DNA from: Azonexus sp.
GTDB lineage: Bacteria > Pseudomonadota > Gammaproteobacteria > Burkholderiales > Rhodocyclaceae
Direction: 5' to 3'
Assembly: GCA_031547725.1 (NCBI GenBank)
Contig: JAVBRT010000032.1
Location: forward strand, 10,075-74,074
Length of the DNA stretch: 64,000 bases
The notes under the pieces were generated by a model. The model was not told the DNA's origin and searched no databases. It saw only the letters and a list, made by a program, of their open reading frames with translations. The first letter of the stretch is position 1, and the number at the start of each line of letters is the position of its first letter. Below are positions 1 to 9,448 of this stretch, in pieces. A program made the position numbers and the translations under genes.

Positions 1-2
1 TC

Positions 3-935
3 CTCGTCATCAGCTATTCGCAGACTGGCCAGCTTGCCGACATCACGGCGCAGGTCGTCGCCCCCTTGCTGATCGCGGGGCATCGGGTGCATCTGGAGAC
101 CCTGGTCCCCCAGGTTAAGTTCCCCTTCCCCTGGCCGCTGGTCGATTTCGTCGACGTCTTTCCCGAATGCGTGCAGCTCGATGCGCCGCCGCTGCAGCCG
201 CTCGGCATTCCGGCCGACGTCGATTTCGACCTGGTGATCCTCGCCTACCAGGTCTGGTATCTCTCCCCGGCCCTGCCGATGACGGCCTTCCTGAACAGTC
301 CGGAAGGCCGCCGGGCGATTGCCGGCAAGCCGGTGATCACGCTGGTCGCCTGCCGCAACATGTGGCTGTCGGCGCAGCAGACTCTGCAGCGCCTGATCGC
401 CGAAGCCGGCGGCCAGTTGCGCGACCATTTGGCTTTCGTCGACCAGGGCCACCCGCTGGCGACCTTCATCACCACCCCGCGCTGGGTGCTGACCGGGCGC
501 CGCGACCGCTTTCTCGGCCTACCGCCGGCCGGCGTCTCGCCGACCGAGGTGCGCCGGGCCAGCCGCTTCGGCCGCGCCCTGGCCGACGCCCTGGACCGGG
601 ACGGCGAGCGCAGCGGCCAGCCGCTGCTGAGCGGGCTGCAGGCCTGCGTCGTCAATCCTCGGCTGGCGCTCAGCGAACGCGCCGCCTTCCGCGCCTTCAA
701 GGTCTGGTCGCGCCTGATCCGCGCCTGCGGCCGGCGCGGCCAGTGGCGGCGGCGGCCGGTGCTGCTGCTGTTCGCCCTCTACCTGATCACCCTGGTGCTG
801 ACCGTCGTGCCCCTGAGCCTGCTCGTCCAATGGCTGCTGTCGCCATTGCTGGCGCCGCGGCTCGCCCGCCTGCGCGCCGAACTCGAACTGCCTTCGGGCG
901 CCCAGACTTTCAACCTGAGCAAATATGAACAGTAG
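3..935 (+). CDS. darA: Dialkylresorcinol condensing enzyme DarA-like (5' truncated by window edge)
   Basis: The frame is open from nt 3 ([15 protein letters not shown]...), a flavodoxin-like N-terminal motif typical of DarA. It also has YQVWYLSP and ACRNMW motifs and lies directly upstream of a DarB-type KAS III. Confidence 0.8.
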   Translation, partial: LVISYSQTGQLADITAQVVAPLLIAGHRVHLETLVPQVKFPFPWPLVDFVDVFPECVQLDAPPLQPLGIPADVDFDLVILAYQVWYLSPALPMTAFLNSPEGRRAIAGKPVITLVACRNMWLSAQQTLQRLIAEAGGQLRDHLAFVDQGHPLATFITTPRWVLTGRRDRFLGLPPAGVSPTEVRRASRFGRALADALDRDGERSGQPLLSGLQACVVNPRLALSERAAFRAFKVWSRLIRACGRRGQWRRRPVLLLFALYLITLVLTVVPLSLLVQWLLSPLLAPRLARLRAELELPSGAQTFNLSKYEQ

Positions 936-2073
936 CAAGGTTTACATCACCGGCGTCGCCGCCTTCCTGCCCAACGCCCCGGTCGGCAACGACGCCATCG
1001 AGGACGTGCTCGGCCTGATCGGCGGCCGCCCCTCGCGGGCCCGGCGCATCGTGCTGCGCAACAACGGCATCCGCCAGCGCCACTACGCCATCGACCCGCG
1101 GACCGGCGCGGCCACCCACACCAACGCCCAGCTCGCCGCCGCAGCCGTGCGCGCCCTCGGCGACATCGGCGACATCGACTGCCTGGCTTGCGGCACCTCG
1201 ATGGCCGACCAGTTGATGCCCGGCCACGGCGTCATGGTGCACGGCGAACTCGGCACGCCGGCCTGCGAAGTGGTATCGACCGCCGGCATCTGCGTCTCCG
1301 GCGTCACCGCGCTCAAGTACGCCTGCATGGCGGTGCTTTCCGGGCAGGCGCAGAACGCCGTCGCCACCGGCTCCGAACTGGCCTCGGCGGTGCTGCACGC
1401 GCGCAATTTCGCGGAAGAGTCGGAGTACCGCGTCGCCGAGCTGGAAACCCATCCGGAAGTCGCCTTCGAGAAGGATTTCCTGCGCTGGATGCTGTCCGAC
1501 GGCGCCGGCGCCGTGCGCCTGCAGAACCGGCCGCGACCGGACGGCCTGTCGCTGCGCGTCGAGTGGATCGAAATCCTGTCGCAGGCCCAGGCCATGGAAG
1601 TCTGCATGTACGCCGGCGGCGAGAAGCGCGCCGACGGTTCGCTGCGCGGCTGGCAGGACCTGCCGGCCGGCGAATGGGCCAGCCGTTCGGTTTTCGCCGT
1701 CAAGCAGGACGTTCGCCTGCTCAACGAAAGCGTCGTCTACCAGACGGCCGGCAAGCCGCTGGAAAAGGTCATGGCCACCCGCGGCCTGCGCCCGGAAGCG
1801 GTGGATTGGTTCCTGCCGCACATGTCCTCCGAGTACTTCCGCCAGCCGATCGCCGAGTGCATGGCCGCCGTCGGCTTCCCGCTGGCGGCGGAAAAATGGT
1901 TCACCAACCTGCACACCAAGGGCAACACCGGCTCGGCCTCGATCTACATCATGCTCGACGAGCTGCTGAACAGCGGCCGCCTCGCCGCCGGCCAGCGCAT
2001 CCTCTGCTTCGTCCCGGAAAGCGGCCGCTTCACCGGCTCGCTGATCTACCTGACCGTCGTCGCCGATGCTTGA
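925..2073 (+). CDS. darB: DarB/StlD-family beta-ketoacyl-ACP synthase III
   Basis: FabH-type Cys-His-Asn triad ([21 protein letters not shown]); [12 protein letters not shown] and VPESGRF motifs; overlaps darA. Confidence 0.85.
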   Translation: MNSSKVYITGVAAFLPNAPVGNDAIEDVLGLIGGRPSRARRIVLRNNGIRQRHYAIDPRTGAATHTNAQLAAAAVRALGDIGDIDCLACGTSMADQLMPGHGVMVHGELGTPACEVVSTAGICVSGVTALKYACMAVLSGQAQNAVATGSELASAVLHARNFAEESEYRVAELETHPEVAFEKDFLRWMLSDGAGAVRLQNRPRPDGLSLRVEWIEILSQAQAMEVCMYAGGEKRADGSLRGWQDLPAGEWASRSVFAVKQDVRLLNESVVYQTAGKPLEKVMATRGLRPEAVDWFLPHMSSEYFRQPIAECMAAVGFPLAAEKWFTNLHTKGNTGSASIYIMLDELLNSGRLAAGQRILCFVPESGRFTGSLIYLTVVADA

Positions 2074-2464
2074 GAGCGAAGTCCCCCAGGAAGGCAATGC
2101 CACCCTCGGCGGCCACCGCAAGGCCGTCTATGCCCGCAGCCGCGACGGGCGCATGCAGATCGTCCAGTCGGCCGGCTGGGAAGTCGAGGAAATCGTCACC
2201 CGCCAGGCCGTCGACGACCTCGCCCGGCTGGCCGAGGAGGCCCGCCAGCGCGCCGCCGCCGGCCTCGCCTCGCCGCTCGAGTACCACATGTACAAGGCAC
2301 GCATGGACGTGCCGCTGCTGGCGCAGGTCTCCGGCATCTGGCAATGGCGCATCCGCCGCCACTTCCGCCCGACCGTCTTCGCCCGCCTGAAGCCCGCCCT
2401 GCTCGCCCGCTACGGCGAAGCCCTGGGTGTCAGCGCCGAACAACTGCGAGGAATCGGCGACTGA
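2066..2464 (+). CDS. Hypothetical protein of dar-type clusters, possible C-terminal helix-turn-helix
   Basis: 132-aa ORF overlapping the darB stop; its TGA overlaps the next ATG (TGATG). Confidence 0.7.
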   Translation: MLESEVPQEGNATLGGHRKAVYARSRDGRMQIVQSAGWEVEEIVTRQAVDDLARLAEEARQRAAAGLASPLEYHMYKARMDVPLLAQVSGIWQWRIRRHFRPTVFARLKPALLARYGEALGVSAEQLRGIGD

Positions 2465-3462
2465 TGGAATTCCACCACCGCCAGGCTTCCCATTGCGAAA
2501 GCGGCGTCATGGCCGGCATGCTGCGCCACCACGGCCTGCCGATCTCGGAGCCGATGGCCTTCGGCCTGGCGGCGGCGATGTCCTTCGCCTACCTGCCGCT
2601 CGTGCGCATCAACGGCCTGCCGCTGGTTTCCTACCGGATGCCGCCGAAAGCCATCATCAAGGGGCTGCAGAAGCCGCTCGGCCTGACCATGCGCTTCGAG
2701 ACCTTTCGCGACCCGCAGCGCGGCCAGCGCCGGCTCGACGAGCTGCTCGCCGCCGGCCAGATCGTCGGCATGCAGACCTCGGTGTTCTGGCTGCCCTACA
2801 TGCCGGAAGACCTGCGCTTCCACTTCAACGCCCATAACGTGCTGGCCTACGGCCGCGACGCGCGGAACGGCGACTACCTGCTGTCCGACCCGGTCTTCGA
2901 GGAGGTCGTCCGCTGCCCGCCGGAAGCGCTGCGGAAAGCCCGCTTCGCCAAGGGCATGCTGGCGCCCAAGGGATTGCTGTACACGGTCGCCGGCAAGCCG
3001 GCGACGCCGGATTGGGCGGCGGTCATTCCGCCGGCCCTGAAAAAGACCGCCCGCGTCATGCTCGACACGCCGCTGCCGATCATCGGCGTGCGCGGCATCC
3101 GCCGCCTGGCCGGGGCCATCGAGGGCCTGCCGGCCGCCGCCGACCCGGCGCGCAGCAAGCTGTTCATCGGCCAGGTGGTGCGCATGCAGGAGGAAATCGG
3201 CACCGGCGGCGGCGGCTTCCGCTTCATCTACGCCTCCTTCCTGCAGGAAGCGGCCGCCCTGCTGGCCCGCCCGCGCTTCGACGAGCTGGCCGAGAACCTG
3301 ATCGACATCGGCGACGAATGGCGTGAATTCGCCCTCGTCGCCGCGCGCATGATCCGCGACCGCGAGCCGCTGGCGCCGGCCACCCTGGGTCAACGCCTGC
3401 GCCGGCTGGCCGAGCGCGAGCAGGCCTTCTTCCGCGACTTGCGCGGCGCCGCCCGATGCTGA
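2464..3462 (+). CDS. BtrH N-terminal-domain / papain-like (C39-type) protein
   Basis: The likely start is ATG 2464 ([14 protein letters not shown]). Cys (HCESG), His (HFNAHNV) and Asp (LSDPV) are arranged like a papain-type triad; C-terminal QEEIGTGGGGFR motif. Confidence 0.75.
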   Translation: MEFHHRQASHCESGVMAGMLRHHGLPISEPMAFGLAAAMSFAYLPLVRINGLPLVSYRMPPKAIIKGLQKPLGLTMRFETFRDPQRGQRRLDELLAAGQIVGMQTSVFWLPYMPEDLRFHFNAHNVLAYGRDARNGDYLLSDPVFEEVVRCPPEALRKARFAKGMLAPKGLLYTVAGKPATPDWAAVIPPALKKTARVMLDTPLPIIGVRGIRRLAGAIEGLPAAADPARSKLFIGQVVRMQEEIGTGGGGFRFIYASFLQEAAALLARPRFDELAENLIDIGDEWREFALVAARMIRDREPLAPATLGQRLRRLAEREQAFFRDLRGAARC

Positions 3463-4367
3463 CCATCGCCGGCCTCTCCTACCGCTATCGGGAAGCGCCG
3501 GCCGCGACCCTGCACGACATCTCGCTAGAGGTACCGGCACAGGGCGTCTATGGCCTGCTCGGCCCCAACGGCGCCGGCAAGACGACGCTGATCTCGCTGC
3601 TCGCCGGCCTGCTGCAGAGCGCCACCGGCACCATCGCCCTCGACGGCCGGCCGCTGGCCGCCGCGCGCGCCGCCGACCCGCGCGCCATCGCGCTGGTGCC
3701 GCAGGACTACGCCTTCTACCCGATGCTCACGGCCGGCGAGAACCTGCGTTTCTTCGCCGGCGTGCTCGGCCTGGCCGGCGGCGAACTGGCGGCCCAGGTT
3801 GACGCCGCGATCGCCTTCGCCCGCCTCGACCAAGTCGTCGGCAAACGCGCCGAAACCCTCTCCGGCGGCCTGCGCCGGCGCCTCAACCTGGCCATCGGCC
3901 TGCTCGGCAAGCCGCGCCTCCTGCTGCTCGACGAGCCGACGGTCGGCGTCGACCCGCAATCGCGCCACTTCCTGCTCGAAGCCATCGCCGCCCTGCCGGC
4001 GACCGGCACCACGGTGATCTACACCAGCCATTACATGGACGAGATCGAGGCCATCTGCCAGCGCATCGCCATCATCGACCGAGGCCGGGTGCTGGCCGAA
4101 GGCTCGCTGGCCGACATCCTGCACAGTTCCGAGCCGCAGCTCGACCTGCAACTGGCGCAGCCGCTGCCGGCCGAACTGGCCGGGCGCCTGGCCGCCGTCG
4201 CCGCCGGCGAGCGGCGCTACCGCCTCAAGCTCGACTCCGCCGCCGCCCTGCCCCGCCTGCTCGACGAACTGGCCGCCGCCGGCTGCCAGGTCAGCAGCCT
4301 CGGCCTCGGCCAGCACAACCTGGAACAGGTGTTCATGCGCCTGACCAACCGTTCGTTGCGGGACTGA
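3456..4367 (+). CDS. ABC-2 type exporter ATP-binding protein
   Basis: Walker A GPNGAGKTT, signature LSGGLRRR, Walker B LLLDEPTVG, H-loop YTSHY. Confidence 0.93.
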   Translation: MLTIAGLSYRYREAPAATLHDISLEVPAQGVYGLLGPNGAGKTTLISLLAGLLQSATGTIALDGRPLAAARAADPRAIALVPQDYAFYPMLTAGENLRFFAGVLGLAGGELAAQVDAAIAFARLDQVVGKRAETLSGGLRRRLNLAIGLLGKPRLLLLDEPTVGVDPQSRHFLLEAIAALPATGTTVIYTSHYMDEIEAICQRIAIIDRGRVLAEGSLADILHSSEPQLDLQLAQPLPAELAGRLAAVAAGERRYRLKLDSAAALPRLLDELAAAGCQVSSLGLGQHNLEQVFMRLTNRSLRD

Positions 4368-4370
4368 GCC

Positions 4371-5603
4371 ATGGCGCCGCGCCTCCTCGCCCTCTGGCTC
4401 AAGGAAACGATCGCCCTGTCGCGCGACCGGCACGGCCTGCTGGCCCTGTTCATCATGCCGACCATCTTCATCCTGATCATGACCATGGCCCTGCGCGACG
4501 CCTTCTCGCCGGGCGCCAGCATCGACGTCAACTACGCCATCGTCGATCTCGACCGCAGCCCCCATTCGGCGGCGCTGATCAAGCGCCTGGACAAGGTCTC
4601 CGCCTTTGAGCGGGTGGGCGACGAGAACGATGCCGAAACCGCCCGCACCGGCATACTCGCCGGCCGCCAGGCGCTGGCCCTGATTCTCCCGGCCGGCTTC
4701 GGCGAGCGCCTGCTGACGCCGGCCGGCGCCGACGGACAGCCGAGCGAGCAGTTGCTGCTGCTGGTCGATCCGACCCTCAACCCGGGCCTGCAGCTGACCT
4801 TCCGCAACCAGGTCATGGCCACGCTCGGCGCCGTCCGCGCCGACGAGCTGACGCTGCGCGCCGGCAAGCTGTTCGGCCTGCCGCTGTCCGCCGGGGCCGG
4901 CGCCGAGCGCGACTGGCCCGACGAGATCCGCAGCGAGGCGGTGCGCGGCGACCGCAGCGTCCAGCTGCCCTCGTCGGTGCAGCAGAACGTGCCGGCCTGG
5001 CTGATCTTTGCCATGTTCTTCGTCGTCATCCCGATTTCGGCCATTTTCGTCATCGAGCGCCAGCAGGGCACGCTGCAGCGCCTGCGCGCGCTCGGCCTGC
5101 CCTTCCACCTGGTGCTGGCCGGCAAGCTGCTGCCCTTCTTCATTGTCAATCAGGTCCAGGCGGTGGCCATGATCCTGGTCGGCATGTACGTCGTGCCGCT
5201 GCTCGGCAGCGAGGCCCTGCAACTGCCGGCGCACTGGCCGCAATTGCTCGACTGGGCGCTGGTCTCGGCCACCGTCAGCCTGGCCGCCGTGTCCTGGGCG
5301 CTGCTCATTGCCAGCCTGGCCCGCACCTCGGAACAGGCGACCATCGTCGGCGGCGTCGGCAACATCCTGATGGGCGCCATCGGCGGCATCATGGTGCCGC
5401 GCTTCGTGATGCCGGCCGGCATGCAGACGCTGGCCGACTGGTCGCCCATGGCCTGGGGCCTGGAAGGCTTCCATACCGTGATGCTGCGCCACGGCGGCCT
5501 CGCCGAACTGCTGCCCAGCCTGGCCAAGCTGCTCGCCTTCGCCGTCCTGGCGCTGGCCGCCGCCGTCTGGCTCAACCACCGCGCCCTCGCCGCCCGCACA
5601 TGA
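4371..5603 (+). CDS. ABC-2 type exporter permease
   Basis: N-terminal TM, large periplasmic loop, then about 5 C-terminal TMs with IERQQGTLQRL and GGIMVP motifs; follows the ATPase. Confidence 0.9.
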   Translation: MAPRLLALWLKETIALSRDRHGLLALFIMPTIFILIMTMALRDAFSPGASIDVNYAIVDLDRSPHSAALIKRLDKVSAFERVGDENDAETARTGILAGRQALALILPAGFGERLLTPAGADGQPSEQLLLLVDPTLNPGLQLTFRNQVMATLGAVRADELTLRAGKLFGLPLSAGAGAERDWPDEIRSEAVRGDRSVQLPSSVQQNVPAWLIFAMFFVVIPISAIFVIERQQGTLQRLRALGLPFHLVLAGKLLPFFIVNQVQAVAMILVGMYVVPLLGSEALQLPAHWPQLLDWALVSATVSLAAVSWALLIASLARTSEQATIVGGVGNILMGAIGGIMVPRFVMPAGMQTLADWSPMAWGLEGFHTVMLRHGGLAELLPSLAKLLAFAVLALAAAVWLNHRALAART

Positions 5604-5869
5604 CCCAAGAACTCCGCCACGCCCTCAAAGCCCTGATCATCGAAGCCTGCGACAAGGACTGCGCGCCGGCCGACATCGCCGACGACGAAGTGCTGTTCGG
5701 CCCCGAAGCCCGGTTGCAGCTCGATTCCCTCGACGCCCTGCAGATTTCGATGGCGATCAAGAAACAGTACGGCCTGCGCCTGCCGGACAGCAAGGAAACC
5801 CGGCGCATCCTGGCCAACGTCGCCAACCTCGCCGGATACCTGGAAAGCTGGCTGGCCAGCCGCCCATGA
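5600..5869 (+). CDS. Acyl carrier protein (DarC-like)
   Basis: 89 aa, acidic, phosphopantetheine site LQLDSLDAL; ATGA overlap with the permease. Confidence 0.88.
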   Translation: MTQELRHALKALIIEACDKDCAPADIADDEVLFGPEARLQLDSLDALQISMAIKKQYGLRLPDSKETRRILANVANLAGYLESWLASRP

Positions 5870-6948
5870 GGCGCCCGGTCTACATCGCCGAGCGCGGCCT
5901 GGTCTGCGCCCGCGGCGATAGCCCGGCGGCCGTCGCCGCCGCCCTGCTGGCCGGCGACCGCGCCACGACCTGGCGCCGCCAGGGGCAACGGCGCCTGCCC
6001 TGGTTCGCCCTGCCGCTGGCCGAGACCGATTGGGAAACGCGGGCCGAATGGGCGGTGCGCCAGGCCGGCGCCGCCCTCGGCCGGCGCGATCCGGCGACGC
6101 CGCTGTTCGTCGCCTCCTCGTCCTTCGAGGTCGGCCTCTGCGAAAGCCGGCCGCCGCCCTACGACCTGCCCGTCGCCAACGCCGCCTTCAGCCGCCGGCT
6201 GGCCGCCTGGCTGCAGCTCGATGGCCCGCGCTACAGCTTCGCCAATGCCTGCATCGCCGGGTTTGCCGCCATCGAGGCGGCGCACAGCCTGATCGCCGCC
6301 GGCCAGATCGGCGAAGCCGTGGTGCTCGGCCTCGAACTGGCCAACGCCAGCACGCTCGGCGGCTTCGCCGCGCTCGAACTGCTCTCTCCCGATGCCTGCC
6401 GGCCTTTCGACCGCGAGCGCAACGGCCTGGTCCTCGGCGAGGCGGTCGCCGCCGTGCGCCTGAGCGCGAAGCCGACGCCCTGGCGCATCGCCGCCGTGCG
6501 CACCGGCCTCGACGCCTGGTCGATCACCGGCCCCGACCCGTCCGGCGCCCCGATCGCCGCCCTGCTCGCCGACTGCCTGGCCGAGGCCGGCCTCGCCGCC
6601 GGCGACATCGACCTGGTCAAGCTGCAGGCCGCCGGCTCGCCGGGCACCGACCTGGCCGAAGCCCATGCCCTGCGCCAGGTATTCACCGCCGCGATGCCGC
6701 CGCTGCTGTCGCTGAAATCCGCCCTCGGCCACACCCTGGGCGCCAGCGGCGTGGCCGAATTGGCGGCCTTGCTCGCCTGCCTCGACCAGGACCGGCTGCC
6801 GGCCACCGCCGGCTTCGCCACGCCCGACCCGGAGATCGGCCTGCAGCCGACGCGGGCCGCCGCCGCCCGCCATGTCCGCCACCCCCTGCTCAACCTGGTC
6901 GGCTTCGGCGGCGGCCTCGCCACCCTGATCCTGGCCCGCGCCGCATGA
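5866..6948 (+). CDS. FabF-like beta-ketoacyl synthase
   Basis: ANACIAG (Cys), CRPFDRERNGLVLGE, KSALGHTLGASG, GFGG. The first catalytic His position reads Gln (VKLQAAGS). Confidence 0.85.
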   Translation: MRRPVYIAERGLVCARGDSPAAVAAALLAGDRATTWRRQGQRRLPWFALPLAETDWETRAEWAVRQAGAALGRRDPATPLFVASSSFEVGLCESRPPPYDLPVANAAFSRRLAAWLQLDGPRYSFANACIAGFAAIEAAHSLIAAGQIGEAVVLGLELANASTLGGFAALELLSPDACRPFDRERNGLVLGEAVAAVRLSAKPTPWRIAAVRTGLDAWSITGPDPSGAPIAALLADCLAEAGLAAGDIDLVKLQAAGSPGTDLAEAHALRQVFTAAMPPLLSLKSALGHTLGASGVAELAALLACLDQDRLPATAGFATPDPEIGLQPTRAAAARHVRHPLLNLVGFGGGLATLILARAA

Positions 6949-7640
6949 TCGAACTCGCCGCCGCCCTCAGCCAGCAGTTCACGCCCGAGCAATTGCCGGG
7001 CGCCGTCCGCGCCGCCCTCGGCAAGCCGCTGCGGCGGGCGCCGGCGCTAGCCCAGCTGGCCGTGCTCGGTGCCCTGGCCTGCCTGCCGGCCGAACGGCGC
7101 CACCTGCCGACCATCCTGCTCTGGCAGACGACCAGCGGCCCGCGCCAGGAAACCCTGCAGTTGCTCGACGAAATCTGTCAGGGCGGCGGCGAACCGATGC
7201 CCTTCGGCTTTCTCGCCACCGTCCCCGCCAGCGCCGCCGTGCACCTGCAGCCCTTCGTTCCCGGCCTCCGTTCGGCCTCGACGCTGCCGCTCGACAGCGA
7301 GGACGCCGGCAACTGGGCGCTGCTGCTGGCCCTGGCCGGCAATGCGCTGGCCGCCGGCCGCTGCGCCCAGGTGTTGTGCGCCCATCTCGATCACCGGGAC
7401 GACCGCCTGGACGGCCACTGGCTGTGCCTGCGCACCGCCGGCACCGGCGGCGAAGCCGAAGCCGAAGCCGAAGCGTTGGCTATCCTGCGCCCGGCCGGCG
7501 CCGGCGCGGCCCTGGAACTGGCCGACGTACCCGCATTGCCGGCCGCCATCGCGGCCTGGCTGCAGGCCGGCACCAGCCGGCCGCTGCGCCTGAGTTCTCC
7601 CGCCGCCCCCGGGCTGGCGGTAGAATTCGCCCGACCCTAA
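6945..7640 (+). CDS. Ketosynthase chain-length-factor-like / degenerate KS N-terminal-domain protein
   Basis: ATG 6945 overlaps the KS stop (ATGA). LRRAPALAQLAVLGA and PMPFGFLATVPASAA resemble non-catalytic KS partners; last gene of the operon. Confidence 0.55.
   Translation: MIELAAALSQQFTPEQLPGAVRAALGKPLRRAPALAQLAVLGALACLPAERRHLPTILLWQTTSGPRQETLQLLDEICQGGGEPMPFGFLATVPASAAVHLQPFVPGLRSASTLPLDSEDAGNWALLLALAGNALAAGRCAQVLCAHLDHRDDRLDGHWLCLRTAGTGGEAEAEAEALAILRPAGAGAALELADVPALPAAIAAWLQAGTSRPLRLSSPAAPGLAVEFARP
7452..7474 (+). repeat. Short GAAGCC tandem repeat (about 4 units, encodes EAEAEAEA)
   Basis: gaagcc gaagcc gaagcc gaagc, in frame within the 6945-7640 CDS. Confidence 0.8.
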
Positions 7641-7659
7641 TCCTGTAGCCGAGATTCCC

Positions 7660-8517
7660 ATGACCCAATTCGCCTTTGACGTTTCCCTCGAAGACTTCGA
7701 AAGCAAGGTGCTGCTGCCGGCCGACACCGTGCCGGTGCTGGTCGACTTCTGGGCGCCATGGTGCGAGCCGTGCAAGGTCCTCAAGCCGCTGCTGGAAAAG
7801 CTGGCCGAGGAATACGCCGGGCGCTTCCTGCTGGCCAAGGTCAATGCCGACGAGAACCCGGAGCTGGCGCAGCATTTCGGCGTGCGCAGCATTCCCGCGG
7901 TCAAGGTCCTGTTCCAGGGCCAGCTGGTCGACGAACTGAACGGCGCCCTGCCGGAAAGCCAGCTGCGCGCCTTCATCGACCGCGTCGCGCTGCCCGGCAG
8001 CCCGGCCGGCACCTCGCCGCGCGAGCAGGCCGCGGCGCTGGCCGGCGAAGGCCAGCTCGAAGCCGCCCTCGGCGTCCTCGTCGAGGCCTGCCGCCAGGCG
8101 CCGGAGGACGAAGCCATCCGCCTCGACGCCATCGACCTGTTGCTGCAGCTGGGCCGCAACGACGAGGCGCAGCAACTGCTGGCCGCCGAATACCAGCAGG
8201 AAGGCGAGCGGGCCGCCGCCCTGCGCGCCCGCCTGGCGCTGGCCGCCGGCGCCGCCGACACGGCGCCGCTGGAAGCGAAGCTGGCGGCCAACGCCGACGA
8301 CCATGCGACGCGTCTCGAACTGGCGCGCGCCTACGCCGCCCAGAACCGCTTCCGCGAAGCGCTCGAAGCGGCCCTGGAAGTCGTCCGCCGCGACCGCTTC
8401 TTCGACGAAGGCGCCGGCCGCAAGGCGCTGCTGCAATTGTTCGAGGCCCTGGCCGGCGAGCAGTACGACGACCTGGTCCGCGAATACCGGCGCAAGCTGT
8501 CGGCGGCGCTGAACTAA
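7660..8517 (+). CDS. cnoX: Chaperedoxin CnoX/YbbN (thioredoxin + TPR)
   Basis: VLVDFWAPWCEPC thioredoxin domain, helical TPR region, C-terminal YRRKLSAALN. Confidence 0.9.
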   Translation: MTQFAFDVSLEDFESKVLLPADTVPVLVDFWAPWCEPCKVLKPLLEKLAEEYAGRFLLAKVNADENPELAQHFGVRSIPAVKVLFQGQLVDELNGALPESQLRAFIDRVALPGSPAGTSPREQAAALAGEGQLEAALGVLVEACRQAPEDEAIRLDAIDLLLQLGRNDEAQQLLAAEYQQEGERAAALRARLALAAGAADTAPLEAKLAANADDHATRLELARAYAAQNRFREALEAALEVVRRDRFFDEGAGRKALLQLFEALAGEQYDDLVREYRRKLSAALN

Positions 8518-8539
8518 GCGCCGCGGGCCGGCGCCGGCC

Positions 8540-9439
8540 GTGCGCCTCTACTACACCGACGTTTTCGTCCTGCCCTTGCCGGCCGGACACCGTTTCCCGA
8601 TGGAAAAATACGGCCGCCTGCGCCAGCGCCTGCTGGCCGGCGGCGAGTTTGCCGCCAGCGACTTCCATCTGCCGCCGCCGGCCAGCGACGCGGAACTGGC
8701 CCGCGCCCACGACGTGCAATACATCCGCCAGGTTGCCGACGGCAGCCTGTCGGCCCCGATGCAAAAGGCCATCGGCTTTCCCTGGAGTCCCGGCATGGTC
8801 GAGCGCTCGCGCCGCTCGGCCGGGGCCACCATCGCCGCTTGCCGCGCCGCTCTGGCCGACGGCGTCGCTGCCAACCTGGCCGGTGGCACCCACCATGCCT
8901 TCCATGACCGCGGCGAAGGTTTCTGCGTCTTCAACGATGCCGCCGTCGCCGCCCGCGCCATGCAGGCCGAAGGCCGTGCCGGACGCATCCTGGTCGTCGA
9001 TTGCGACGTCCATCAGGGCAACGGCACCGCCCGCATCGCCGCCGGCGACGACAGCCTGTTCACCTTCTCCATCCACGGCGCCCGCAACTTCCCCTTCACC
9101 AAGGAACGCAGCGATCTCGACATCGAACTGCCCGACGGCTGCGACGACACGACCTACCTGCGCCAACTCGACGACGGCCTCGACAGCGCCTTCGCCCGCG
9201 CCCGTCCCGATCTCGTCATCTACCTGGCGGGCGCCGATCCCTACCGCGACGACCGCCTCGGCCGCCTGGCGCTGAGCATGGACGGCCTGGCCGAACGCGA
9301 CCGGCGGGTATACAGCCGCTGCCGCGCCATCGGCATCCCCCTCGCCCTCGCCATGGCCGGCGGCTATGCGCGCAACATCGACGATACCGTGGCCATCCAT
9401 GCCGCCAGCGTGACCCTCGCCCGCCGCTATTGGGACTAG
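8540..9439 (+). CDS. Histone deacetylase (Zn-dependent amidohydrolase) family protein
   Basis: HRFPMEKY, GGTHHA, GFCVFND, DCDVHQGNGT, GADP and GGY motifs; GTG start. Confidence 0.92.
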   Translation: MRLYYTDVFVLPLPAGHRFPMEKYGRLRQRLLAGGEFAASDFHLPPPASDAELARAHDVQYIRQVADGSLSAPMQKAIGFPWSPGMVERSRRSAGATIAACRAALADGVAANLAGGTHHAFHDRGEGFCVFNDAAVAARAMQAEGRAGRILVVDCDVHQGNGTARIAAGDDSLFTFSIHGARNFPFTKERSDLDIELPDGCDDTTYLRQLDDGLDSAFARARPDLVIYLAGADPYRDDRLGRLALSMDGLAERDRRVYSRCRAIGIPLALAMAGGYARNIDDTVAIHAASVTLARRYWD

Positions 9440-9448
9440 AATCTCCGG

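Noticed and set aside
7452-7474. GAAGCC repeat as a phase-variation switch
   Set aside because: The unit is 6 bp, so slippage keeps the frame; it only changes an EA linker.
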